Positions 45,585 through 54,471 of a stretch of 64,000 bases of DNA are shown piece after piece. Source of the DNA: Deferribacterales bacterium (lineage in GTDB: Bacteria; Chrysiogenota; Deferribacteres; Deferribacterales; Geovibrionaceae); NCBI GenBank assembly GCA_050251945.1, contig JBFWLW010000012.1, positions 1 through 64,000 on the forward strand, written 5' to 3'. Each line of letters begins with the position of its first letter. Positions within the stretch are counted from its first letter, which is position 1. The translations under genes were made by a program, and so were the position numbers. The notes below the pieces were generated by a model. That model saw only the letters and a list, made by a program, of their open reading frames with translations. It searched no databases and was not told the origin of the DNA.

Positions 45585-45860
45585 TTACCCCATTCTTGAA
45601 AAATGTTCCACCGCCTTAGCAAAATCGTCGATTGTCTTTTCAGCGTCGCCGTGTTTGATTCCGTCGTAGACGCAGTGGTGAAGGTGTCCCTCCAGAACCA
45701 TCTTGCCAACCTTGTGCAGGGCGCTTTTTGCGGCGTTTATCTGGATAAGGATATCCTCGCACGGGACGTCCTTTTCAACCATTTCGGAAATGCCTCTGAG
45801 CTGCCCTTCAATTTTCTTAAGTCTTGTCTGAACCTTAGGTATGTCGATACACTGACGCAT
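45585..45860 (-). CDS. CsoR/RcnR-family metal-sensing repressor
   Basis: RLKKIEGQLRGISEM..CEDILIQ..HLHHCV; GGAGG before ATG 45860. Confidence 0.9.
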   Translation of the reverse strand: MRQCIDIPKVQTRLKKIEGQLRGISEMVEKDVPCEDILIQINAAKSALHKVGKMVLEGHLHHCVYDGIKHGDAEKTIDDFAKAVEHFSRMG

Positions 45861-45922
45861 ATTGTCCTCCGCTGGAGCATTTTTCATAAAGAATAACGTA
45901 GATACCAAAATCAAATCAAAAT

Positions 45923-46005
45923 GAGATCGCGTCGTCGCTTCGCTTCTCGCGAAGACGGAATAAAAATCACGTCTCTGCGAACCCCGCCCGGGGTGAAGCA
46001 GTCTC
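45923..46005. repeat. REP/BIME-like palindromic doublet
   Basis: GATCGCGT..TTCTCGCGAAGAC and GTCTCTGCGA..GAAGCAGTCTC units, shared with 53256-53332. Confidence 0.7.
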
Positions 46006-46045
46006 GTATTTCGGTATGTGACATAACCTATGAAAAATGTTCTGC

Positions 46046-46100
46046 AATATACCCCATAGGGGTATGGGGTATATTTAAATTTATTGATATTGATTGTCAA
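46046..46100 (-). promoter_or_regulatory. CsoR-type operator and promoter
   Basis: Perfect IR AATATACCCCATA-GGGG-TATGGGGTATATT (46046-46075); TTGACA on the minus strand at 46095-46100. Confidence 0.8.
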
Positions 46101-46176
46101 TATAAAACTTTGAAAAGATATAAAAAAACCGCCCGAACGTTTCCGAAGGGCGGTTGTAAAATATGCTATATTATTG

Positions 46177-47331
46177 TTATCGTTCCAGATACTCGGCGGC
46201 TACCCATCCTTTGCCTGTGTCGACCCATCCGTATTTGCGGTCGTATTCGCAAACTGTATCGCCTTTGTTATAGGTTTTAAGAACTTTTGCGCCTGCATCC
46301 GGCTTTTTGCGAGCTTTCAGAGTTTTGGAAGCGACAGTGAAGCATTTGACATCTTTCAGGTTGGCAAGGTTAACCCAGCCTTTGTCGCTTCTTCCCCAGT
46401 CGTCGTTTATCTCATAGAGGCAAACTTTCTCGCCCCTGTCGAAATTTCCAACAAGCTTGGATCGTTTTGATGCGGTCTTTCTGATATTCGCTTTGCTGTA
46501 AGATACATACATGCATTTAATTATTTTGTCTTTAGGCTCTTCTTTCTGAGCTGTTTTTTCCCCTGACGGTTTGTCGGAGATGTATTCGGTACTCACCCAG
46601 CCCTCGGCTGTTCGTATCCATCCTTTTTGTTTTTCAAGGACTTCAATTTTTTCGTTTTTCTGGTACTGTCCGACAACGTCGGCCCTAATGTCTGCCAGAG
46701 AACGGATATTTACTTTTGCGCCGGTAACATATTTATATTCGACCTTTGCCTGCTGTTTCGGTTTGACGGTCTCTATGGTTTTAGTGTTTTTTACTGTTTT
46801 CTGATCTCCGACCGGATTGTCGTAATTGTATTCCGTCATGCGGGTTTTTGTCTCTGCCTCTGCCGCTGCCATTTTCTGTTCAGGTTTTGCAATATCGTCG
46901 GGCATTTTCGCGGAGAGAAATTTTGTGTTGACCCATCCTTTGCCTGTGTCTATCCAATCGCCGATGCGGTTTTCCTCGCAGATGTAGCTGCCCTTTTTGT
47001 AAATTCCTGTCCTTTCGGAAAGAAAAGAGGGATTATTTCTGATATTCGTAACCTGAGAAGTTACATAATAGCATTTTGTATCGGAAGAGGGAGCCTTATC
47101 TGTCTGCTGCTGTTTTTGGGGTTGTTTGGAAAATTTTGTATTATCCTGCCATTTGACAGGGTCTGCAACAGGGGCTGTTTCCTGAGTCTGCTGGCTTACG
47201 GGTGTCTCTTTAAGATCAATGCCCGTTTGTCCGAGAATACCCCTTACGTTATTTTTCTGCTGTTCGTCCGCAGATGCGGAATTGACTATGAGAAATGCGG
47301 AAACTATTGCTGGAAATATATATTTTTTCAT
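46177..47331 (-). CDS. Secreted protein with four bacterial SH3 domains
   Basis: Signal peptide; repeated (N/K)(I/A)R..G.YKKG..GWV units. Confidence 0.85.
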   Translation of the reverse strand: MKKYIFPAIVSAFLIVNSASADEQQKNNVRGILGQTGIDLKETPVSQQTQETAPVADPVKWQDNTKFSKQPQKQQQTDKAPSSDTKCYYVTSQVTNIRNNPSFLSERTGIYKKGSYICEENRIGDWIDTGKGWVNTKFLSAKMPDDIAKPEQKMAAAEAETKTRMTEYNYDNPVGDQKTVKNTKTIETVKPKQQAKVEYKYVTGAKVNIRSLADIRADVVGQYQKNEKIEVLEKQKGWIRTAEGWVSTEYISDKPSGEKTAQKEEPKDKIIKCMYVSYSKANIRKTASKRSKLVGNFDRGEKVCLYEINDDWGRSDKGWVNLANLKDVKCFTVASKTLKARKKPDAGAKVLKTYNKGDTVCEYDRKYGWVDTGKGWVAAEYLER

Positions 47332-47423
47332 ACGAACCTTTGTCTGTTTTAATGAATAAGCATTATAACAGCATGGTCGGTTTTGTCCATAATTTTTTAA
47401 AAATGTTAAAGATTATGTACTTT

Positions 47424-48257
47424 TTATAGTACCAGAACGCTTTTGAACAGGTTTTTCCAGTCAAAATCAATGAGCGATAAGCTGTTTATTACTGATTCCC
47501 CGTTTTTCCCCTCATCTCCGAACATGAGACATGACCGGACCAGCAACGTCTTGTTTTTATCGTTGCGGATATAAAGGAACAGCCCCGGAACGCTTTCCGT
47601 TTCGGCAATTGTGCGGAAGGTCGATTTGTAAAGCGGCGGCAGTATATTTTCATAATCCGTATATTGTGTTACTCCCGCGTCTGCCTTTTTCAGAAAGACC
47701 TGTGTGAAAACGTCATTCCAGCCCTCTGCGAAAAGACTGGTGAAAGGCGCGTTATAGAACATTTTACGCATGTGGGAGTGAGCGAGGAAATAACCGCCTG
47801 TGGAATAGGGCGAAGAGAAAGCGACGGTTTTATTTTTCAGGTCGTTTATCCATTTCGTATGTGATTCTTTAAGTACGAATATGCAGGATTTGATGTAAAG
47901 ACTGTTGTTTGCCGTCACCGCCATGTCGGGCGCAATCCGGTGATTTTTATGCATGATAACCGACGGGTATATAGACAGGAAAGCCATGTCAATACGCCCT
48001 TTGGCGAGAGCTTCCGCTGTTTCCTGCGGGTTGTCCGTCTCGATTATTTTATATGCAGTGTATTTGCCGCTATGCATGATAAAATCTGCAAACGGGCGCA
48101 GTTCATCCGTATTTTTGAAATAATCGTTTTTCAGTATGCCGATGTTGAGTGTTTCGGCGTATGACAGACCCGCAGATAAAAAGAGAGCGGCGGCAATGAC
48201 CGCCGTCCGTATTATTTTCCTGCAAGCCCCAGACGCAGATATTCTTTGAATATGCAT
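47424..48257 (-). CDS. PhnD-like periplasmic substrate-binding protein
   Basis: DLKNKTVAFSSPYSTGGY, KADAG. Confidence 0.75.
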   Translation of the reverse strand: MHIQRISASGACRKIIRTAVIAAALFLSAGLSYAETLNIGILKNDYFKNTDELRPFADFIMHSGKYTAYKIIETDNPQETAEALAKGRIDMAFLSIYPSVIMHKNHRIAPDMAVTANNSLYIKSCIFVLKESHTKWINDLKNKTVAFSSPYSTGGYFLAHSHMRKMFYNAPFTSLFAEGWNDVFTQVFLKKADAGVTQYTDYENILPPLYKSTFRTIAETESVPGLFLYIRNDKNKTLLVRSCLMFGDEGKNGESVINSLSLIDFDWKNLFKSVLVL

Positions 48258-48631
48258 TTATCCTCTACATAGGGAATATTTGCGTAGGCGGCTATTTTTT
48301 TAGCCTCTTCCGATTCGACGCCTTCCTGAAGCCAGATGAGCTTAGCGTTCTTTCCGGCGGCCTCGCGTACAACCTCTGCGGCGAATGCGCTCTGGCGGAA
48401 AATATCCACGATATCCGGTTCAAAATCGAGTTCCTCAACACAGTCCACTGTGGGAATGCCCAGAACCTCTTTTTCTATTGGATTGACGGGAATGCATTTA
48501 TAGCCGTTTTTCATCAGAAATTTCATTATTCCGTTGCTGGCGCGTTCAGGTTTATTTGATGCGCCTACGATTGCAACTGTTTTCGCATTTGAAATAAGTT
48601 CCTTAAGCTGTTCGTCTGTGAGATTGGTCAT
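48212..48631 (-). CDS. CoA-binding protein (YccU-like)
   Basis: TVAIVGASNKPERAS, PVNP, DIVDIFR, IWLQEG. Confidence 0.9.
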   Translation of the reverse strand: MTNLTDEQLKELISNAKTVAIVGASNKPERASNGIMKFLMKNGYKCIPVNPIEKEVLGIPTVDCVEELDFEPDIVDIFRQSAFAAEVVREAAGKNAKLIWLQEGVESEEAKKIAAYANIPYVEDKCIFKEYLRLGLAGK

Positions 48632-48673
48632 TGAAATCCTCCGAATTGAGCGTATTATATCAGAAGGGAACAT

Positions 48674-48958
48674 ATGATACAAGGATTGTATAACAGCCTT
48701 AACGGCATGAAGACACAGGTTGATGCTCTGGACAAAACGGCGAACAACGTTGCCAATATAAATACGCCCGGATATAAGACCGTAGAAACAGCCGCCGCAG
48801 ACGAAAATATGGACAAGGTGGATATTCAGTGGTCCGGTGTTGACGCCGGAAAAGAGATGACTGATATGCTTGTGGAAAAGCGTGCCTTCCAGTTTAACGT
48901 TGCCGCTTTGAAAGCGCAGGACGAGATGCTCGGAACCGTTATCGACCTGAAAGGCTGA
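48674..48958 (+). CDS. Short flagellar basal-body rod/hook-like protein
   Basis: ANNVANINTPGYK and SGVD..EMTDML..DEMLG. Confidence 0.8.
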   Translation: MIQGLYNSLNGMKTQVDALDKTANNVANINTPGYKTVETAAADENMDKVDIQWSGVDAGKEMTDMLVEKRAFQFNVAALKAQDEMLGTVIDLKG

Positions 48959-50057
48959 GAGGCAGTTCTATATAAAATACCGTTCCGGTTTCCTCCGTGG
49001 AGCAGAAGTAGATGGCTCCTTTCAGATACCTTTCGGTGAGAAGTCTCATGCTGTATGTGCCAAGTCCCCTTCCTATGCCTTTCGTCGTAAATGAACGCTG
49101 GAAAATTGACGCCTTTGTCTCCTCTTTCATGACAAAATTGTTCTGAACGTAGATGATAAGTCTGTCGTTTGTCACTCTGCTTCCCATGATGACCTTGTCG
49201 CCGTCGCTTGATGCTTCCACAGCGTTCTTTGTCATGTTTGTGACAATGCGTTTGAGGATGTTCTCGTCGGTGTCGATGATTGTCTCATCTCTGTCGGTCT
49301 CTATAACGAAGGTTATGCTCTTGTCCAGAGTTGTTTCTTTGAAAAAAGCGGCGACGGATACCAGAGCTTTTTTTATGTCACAGGGTTCTTCCTGAAGATC
49401 GAGCTCGTCCTTTTCCGCCAGTGCCAGCATATAGCTTGAGCGCAGTTCATTGTTCAGACTGCTCATAGCGCCTGTCAGAAGAGAAGTCGTCTCTTTTATT
49501 GCGGTCAGGTCGTCTTTTTTAGCATAGCTGTCGATAAAATCGACTATGAGCGTCAGACCGCCTGCAAGATTGTTTATGTCGTGAAAGAATATTTTTTCAA
49601 GAGCCTGTTTTCTGTTTTCTGCACTGGTGTCCAGCACGCAGAAGAGAGTGAATTCACCTGTTTCGATGTTTATTCTTGATGTGCTGACTTTAAGGTCGTA
49701 TGCAATTCCGTTTTCGGCTGTGATGCGGCACTCTTCAATGTGTCTCTCTGTGTCGGTCAGTGCGGCGGTTATCGCCTGATATGCTCCGCAATAACGGCAG
49801 AATTTTGTTTCTCCGCACACGTCCGCATTTTCAAGCGCGTTGACACACCTGAAAACATCGCCCGGTCGCACTCCCGTAACGGGGTTAAGTTGATTACTTT
49901 TTGCAAAATCTGCAAATTGCCTGTTGAAAAAGACTATTCTGCGTTCATGGTCTAAAATAAACAGCATTTCATGCACTGTCTCTGAAACAGCGTAAAGAAC
50001 AGGAAATTTATCTTTCAGCAGATTTGTCATATTCTTGTTATATTTAAAATTGTCCAT
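48939..50057 (-). CDS. PAS-domain sensor histidine kinase
   Basis: FFHDINN H-box, NMTKNAVEA, FTTKG.GRGLG. Confidence 0.88.
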   Translation of the reverse strand: MDNFKYNKNMTNLLKDKFPVLYAVSETVHEMLFILDHERRIVFFNRQFADFAKSNQLNPVTGVRPGDVFRCVNALENADVCGETKFCRYCGAYQAITAALTDTERHIEECRITAENGIAYDLKVSTSRINIETGEFTLFCVLDTSAENRKQALEKIFFHDINNLAGGLTLIVDFIDSYAKKDDLTAIKETTSLLTGAMSSLNNELRSSYMLALAEKDELDLQEEPCDIKKALVSVAAFFKETTLDKSITFVIETDRDETIIDTDENILKRIVTNMTKNAVEASSDGDKVIMGSRVTNDRLIIYVQNNFVMKEETKASIFQRSFTTKGIGRGLGTYSMRLLTERYLKGAIYFCSTEETGTVFYIELPLSLSGR

Positions 50058-50398
50058 GTTTCGCCTTTAGGAGTATATTCTTTTTAACTTATGTTTGCAT
50101 CATTTTTTTCCAATAATGGTGTATTGAATTAAAAAAGATTAGCTGATACTATTTTATGCTTACCTATTAATGAACAAAGACCTTTGAAAAGGGTCATTGC
50201 AGCATGCACGATGTTTAAGGTATACTTTGTATTATAGCATAGGTTCGTTTATTGTGCATTGATGCAGATTATTTAAAAGATTAACTTGAGTTAATCAGAA
50301 TGATTTACGATTATAACTGTGTGCGCGGTGCGCATTTTATATTATAACAATGAAAACAGAGAGCGGACATCTGCGGATGCCGATGCTCCTGACAGGAT

Positions 50399-51271
50399 GT
50401 GACAGTGAGCGAACAGGAAAAAAACACAGAACAGGCTGCCGATAAAGGCAAAAAAAGTTTTGGTAACACAATAGTATTGTTTATCGTCTTTTTCATCATC
50501 TTCACAGCGCTTGTTACAGGCGTTGCTTTCTTTGCAGATAAGCTTAAGCGCTCCGGCAAAGACGTGAAGACGACGGAACAGGTTGCTCCGGAGGATATGA
50601 CGAATCCTGACAACGGTAAATCGTTTACTGTTGACGGAGAAGGAAACAGGACGGAAGCAGCTCCCGCTGTTCAGCCGGCGGCACCGAAACCTGACGGGGA
50701 GAAACCGGATGCGGTTTTAAGTTCTCCTCCTGTCGATACAGCTAAACCCGCACAACCCGCCGCACAGCCGGAACCGGCGAAACCTGTTGTGAAAGAAGAA
50801 CCTAAGCCCGCAGCGAAACCAGTTGTGAAAGAGGAACCCGTCAAGGCTCCGGAACCTGCGAAACCCGTTGTGAAGGAAGAACCTAAGCCTGCGGCGAAAC
50901 CTGCCGTTAAAGCAGAGGTTCCAAAACCTGCGGTCAAAGCGGAAACACCCAAGCCTGCCGTTAAGACAGCGGCTGCGAAACCTGCGGCAAAACCCGCACC
51001 TGTCGCCGAGAAAACGGCATCTGCTGCGAACAAACCCGGGGAATATTATGTTCAGCTTGCATCTTTCAAAAGCCTCGACCTTGCGAAAGAGGAGTTCCAG
51101 AGGATGAGCCCGAAAGTGAACGATCTCCAGCTTGTTCAGGTGGATCTGGGGGAAAAGGGTGTATGGTACCGCCTCAGATGCGGCACTCCGCTCCCTTATA
51201 ATAAGGCTCTTACAAGAGCGGACGATATAAAAGCTAAAACCGGATACAATCCAGACATAATGAAGAAATAA
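50399..51271 (+). CDS. SPOR-domain membrane protein (FtsN/DamX-like architecture)
   Basis: TM segment, Pro/Lys/Ala-rich linker, YYVQLASFK..GVWYRLRCG. Confidence 0.85.
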   Translation: MTVSEQEKNTEQAADKGKKSFGNTIVLFIVFFIIFTALVTGVAFFADKLKRSGKDVKTTEQVAPEDMTNPDNGKSFTVDGEGNRTEAAPAVQPAAPKPDGEKPDAVLSSPPVDTAKPAQPAAQPEPAKPVVKEEPKPAAKPVVKEEPVKAPEPAKPVVKEEPKPAAKPAVKAEVPKPAVKAETPKPAVKTAAAKPAAKPAPVAEKTASAANKPGEYYVQLASFKSLDLAKEEFQRMSPKVNDLQLVQVDLGEKGVWYRLRCGTPLPYNKALTRADDIKAKTGYNPDIMKK

Positions 51272-52425
51272 TGCTTATACGCTTTCTGATAGTGACAGCC
51301 CTGCTTCTTTCGGCAGGGCTGTCTTTTTCTTCCGAACAAAATCCCAAAATAAACGGCGTTCAGGTGTTCGTGCTTAACAAAGACTACGACGGCGACCTCG
51401 ATGCGTTCTTCGGCGGTCTCAAGGCAAAAGGATACGACACGGTATTTCTGCGCGTATTTCACAACGGTGCAGACAGATATCACTTCAATGATGAAAACCA
51501 TGACTGCAAAAGCGGGGTTTATTTCAAAACGGACAAAGCCTGCGTTGTGCGCGACGTTCTTGGCGAAGCAGTCGCCTCCGCCGGAAAGAACGGGCTTAAA
51601 ATATATGCGTGGATGGCTACCCGTTCACTGACTTTTCTGAAAACACCGGAACAAATGGAAAAAAATTTCGCACCCGAAGGCACAGCGGACGGCTACGGTG
51701 CGTCTGTATTTGACAGCGGCGTGCGCGAAACCCTTAAGGGACTTTTTGCCGACCTCGCGAAATACGATATAGACGGCGTACTGTTTCAGGACGATTTCAT
51801 TATGCGCTATTCAGAGGGTGCGTCCGATGAAGCTGTTACAATGTACGAGAGTGAAACAGGTAATAAGCTGGCTTATGATACTCTTTTCGGGTGTAAAAAC
51901 GATTATAAAATCACGAAGGTGTCGGGTGCATGCGCGGAAACATTTCTGCCGTGGGTGCGCTGGAAGAACGGAAAGCTTATGGATTTTTTCGGTGAATTGA
52001 GGGATTCCGCCAAGGCTGTTAATCCGGATATAAAATTTGCCGCCAACGTGTATTACGAAACACCGATAGACAGAGCGAAAGGTCTGGCATGGTATTCCCA
52101 GAGCGTACAGTCCATGCTTGCCGCCGGATTCGATTATCTTGCAGTGATGGGATATCACGACCAGATAGCTGTGGAGATGCGTAAGGATACAGACGAGGCG
52201 GTTGAGGTTCTTTATGAAATGGCGGAAAACCTCGTTGCAGCCACAGACGATGAGAGCCGCATAATACTGAAACTTCAGATAACATCTTTCGATAAAATGC
52301 GCAAAGTTGACGACGGACAGATAGATATGCTCTGTCGCATGACCTCCGACTATCCGGCTATCAGCCGCGTGCTTGTACCTGTCAATTCACTTGAGGATAT
52401 CAAAGACATCTGCTTTTCCAACTGA
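51271..52425 (+). CDS. PgaB C-terminal-like glycoside hydrolase domain protein
   Basis: GYDTVFLRVF, IYAWM, IDGVLFQDD, DYLAVMGY; signal peptide. Confidence 0.7.
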   Translation: MLIRFLIVTALLLSAGLSFSSEQNPKINGVQVFVLNKDYDGDLDAFFGGLKAKGYDTVFLRVFHNGADRYHFNDENHDCKSGVYFKTDKACVVRDVLGEAVASAGKNGLKIYAWMATRSLTFLKTPEQMEKNFAPEGTADGYGASVFDSGVRETLKGLFADLAKYDIDGVLFQDDFIMRYSEGASDEAVTMYESETGNKLAYDTLFGCKNDYKITKVSGACAETFLPWVRWKNGKLMDFFGELRDSAKAVNPDIKFAANVYYETPIDRAKGLAWYSQSVQSMLAAGFDYLAVMGYHDQIAVEMRKDTDEAVEVLYEMAENLVAATDDESRIILKLQITSFDKMRKVDDGQIDMLCRMTSDYPAISRVLVPVNSLEDIKDICFSN

Positions 52426-52490
52426 ACTTGTCCTATTGAGAAAACCTTGTTACAGTATAATATTAACAGTATAAACCATAGGAGGATACC

Positions 52491-53174
52491 ATGCCCAGAA
52501 TAGGAATAGTGCTGAGCGGATGCGGGGTTTATGACGGTGCGGAAATACATGAGGCTGTACTGTCTATGTATTATCTTAAAAAGTACGGCAACGAACTTCT
52601 CATTATGGCTCCGAATGTGGAACAGTCCCATGTTGTCAACCATCTGACAGGAAAGGTTGAAGAGGGGCAGAAACGAAATGTTCTGGAAGAATCCGCAAGG
52701 ATAGCCAGAGGAAATATAACCGATATGGCCAAAGTTACCGTGGACGACTTTGATGCATTGCTGTTTCCCGGCGGTTTCGGAGCGGCGAAAAACCTTGTTT
52801 CGTTCGCTTTCGACGGGGCGGAATGTTCGATCAACCCGGATGTTAAAAGGCTCATCAAGGCGACAGTAGATGCGAAAAAGCCTCTTGCCGCTGTATGTAT
52901 CGCCCCTGTTGTTGTGGCGAGGGCGCTGGAAAATTCGGGTATCAAGGCTAAGCTGACCATCGGGAACGACGATGCCGCTGCGCAGGCTATAAACACCATG
53001 GGTGCAGAACATATCGAAAGCCCCGTAAAAGAAGTAATCATCGACGCGCACCACAATATAATAACTAATCCGGCTTATATGCTGGCGGCAGATATTGCCG
53101 AAGTGGGCGAGGCGATAAAGAAAACGATGCAGGCTCTCACGGGAATGGTAAATAATTTATCGTCAGGGTGCTGA
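52491..53174 (+). CDS. elbB: ElbB glyoxalase (DJ-1/PfpI family)
   Basis: LSGCGVYDGAEIHE, ESARIARG, PGGFGAAKNL, CIAP. Confidence 0.92.
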   Translation: MPRIGIVLSGCGVYDGAEIHEAVLSMYYLKKYGNELLIMAPNVEQSHVVNHLTGKVEEGQKRNVLEESARIARGNITDMAKVTVDDFDALLFPGGFGAAKNLVSFAFDGAECSINPDVKRLIKATVDAKKPLAAVCIAPVVVARALENSGIKAKLTIGNDDAAAQAINTMGAEHIESPVKEVIIDAHHNIITNPAYMLAADIAEVGEAIKKTMQALTGMVNNLSSGC

Positions 53175-53370
53175 TAACAATAATCGGACTGTTGGACAGG
53201 TCGGCAGAGGGGCTTTGTGTCCCTCTGCTGACTAATGACAAAGTCAGGAAAATGCGGGATCGCGTAGTTGCATGCTCTTCTCGCGAAGACAAAGAACCGT
53301 CTCTGCGAGGAGCATGGCGACGAAGCAGTCTCATCGGGTTTCATCAAAATTGACTTCGTCAACAACCTGT
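53164..53370. repeat. Possible MITE-like element containing a REP doublet
   Basis: Ends CAGGGTGCTGA and TCAACAACCTG form an imperfect IR; internal hairpin and REP-like doublet at 53256-53332. Confidence 0.4.
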
Positions 53371-53572
53371 AGACGGGCTTTGCGCCCCTCTTTTTTTCTG
53401 CCGTTGGTATGCGTCGCTCTGCCGCGTCAGTTTCTGCCTGTCTGTATCCTTTCGGCACCTTTGTTATATTAATATAAATTTCGGGTAAATTTAACTAAAC
53501 AAACGTTTATCTTCTTGATAAATCATCATGATTGATATATGCTAATTATTATTGTTATAGGTTGGAGGCGCT

Positions 53573-54340
53573 ATGCGGATTCTGCTTGCAAATGACGACG
53601 GTATATATTCTGACGGCATCTATGAGATGTACAAAGCGCTGAAAGAGTTCGCAGATGTTACAGTTGTGGCTCCTATAACAGAGCAGTCCGCTGTCGGTCA
53701 TGCCATAACTATCGCAGACCCGCTCCGCGTTACCGATTTCTTTAAATTCGGCGAATTCTTCGGATACGGTATCAAAGGCACACCCGCCGACTGCGTTAAG
53801 ATTGCTCTTACCAATATAATGGACGAAGCTCCTGATCTGATTGTTTCCGGCATCAACCACGGTGCGAACGTTGCCAGCAACGTCATATATTCCGGCACTG
53901 TGTCTGCCGCCACAGAGGGCGCTATGCTCGGCATACGCTCAGTTGCGGTGAGCCTTGCCACCAAAGAAAAGTTTGATTTCAGTCATGCCGCGCAGGTCGG
54001 AGCGTATTTCGCGAAATATCTGCACAACTCTGATATGCCTGCAAACACTGTACTGAACATAAACGTTCCTGCCTTGTCTATGAAGAATATAAAGGGATGG
54101 CGCTTTGCTGTACAGGGCAATACGAAATTCCTTGACACCTTCGAGAAAAGACGGGACCCGAGAGGCTACAGCTATTACTGGCTGACAGGTGAGAAGAAGG
54201 AGTCCGACATGGACGAAAATTCCGACGATCACCTTGTTTCAAACGGTTTTGTCAGCGTTACTCCGCTGATGTTTGACATGACAGATCATAAGATGTATAA
54301 ACATTTGAAAGAAAAGGGAGACGAAGGTGAATTCAGTTAA
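53573..54340 (+). CDS. surE: 5'/3'-nucleotidase SurE
   Basis: ILLANDDG, GTPADCV, SGINHGAN, YSGTVSAA. Confidence 0.96.
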   Translation: MRILLANDDGIYSDGIYEMYKALKEFADVTVVAPITEQSAVGHAITIADPLRVTDFFKFGEFFGYGIKGTPADCVKIALTNIMDEAPDLIVSGINHGANVASNVIYSGTVSAATEGAMLGIRSVAVSLATKEKFDFSHAAQVGAYFAKYLHNSDMPANTVLNINVPALSMKNIKGWRFAVQGNTKFLDTFEKRRDPRGYSYYWLTGEKKESDMDENSDDHLVSNGFVSVTPLMFDMTDHKMYKHLKEKGDEGEFS

Positions 54341-54458
54341 AAGATTCATACTTGCTGTGCTTCTGGTTTCCGCTTTCAGCGGGATAGTAGGATGCGAGGG
54401 CGGCTGTTCCGACTCGAACCCTACCTCACCGGATCAGTCACAGCAGCAAAGCAACTGA
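54327..54458 (+). CDS. Unlisted 43-aa lipoprotein
   Basis: GTG start after GGGAG; MNSVKRFILAVLLVSAFSGIVG-C-EGGCSDSNPTSPDQSQQQSN. Confidence 0.6.
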   Translation: MNSVKRFILAVLLVSAFSGIVGCEGGCSDSNPTSPDQSQQQSN

Positions 54459-54471
54459 TAAACAAGGGTAA

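Noticed and set aside
45861..46100. N-terminal extension of the CsoR ORF in the track
   Set aside because: It spans the promoter, operator and REP; the SD supports ATG 45860.
50740..51000. Repeated DNA units in the SPOR gene
   Set aside because: They encode the ordinary PAKPVVKEEP linker.
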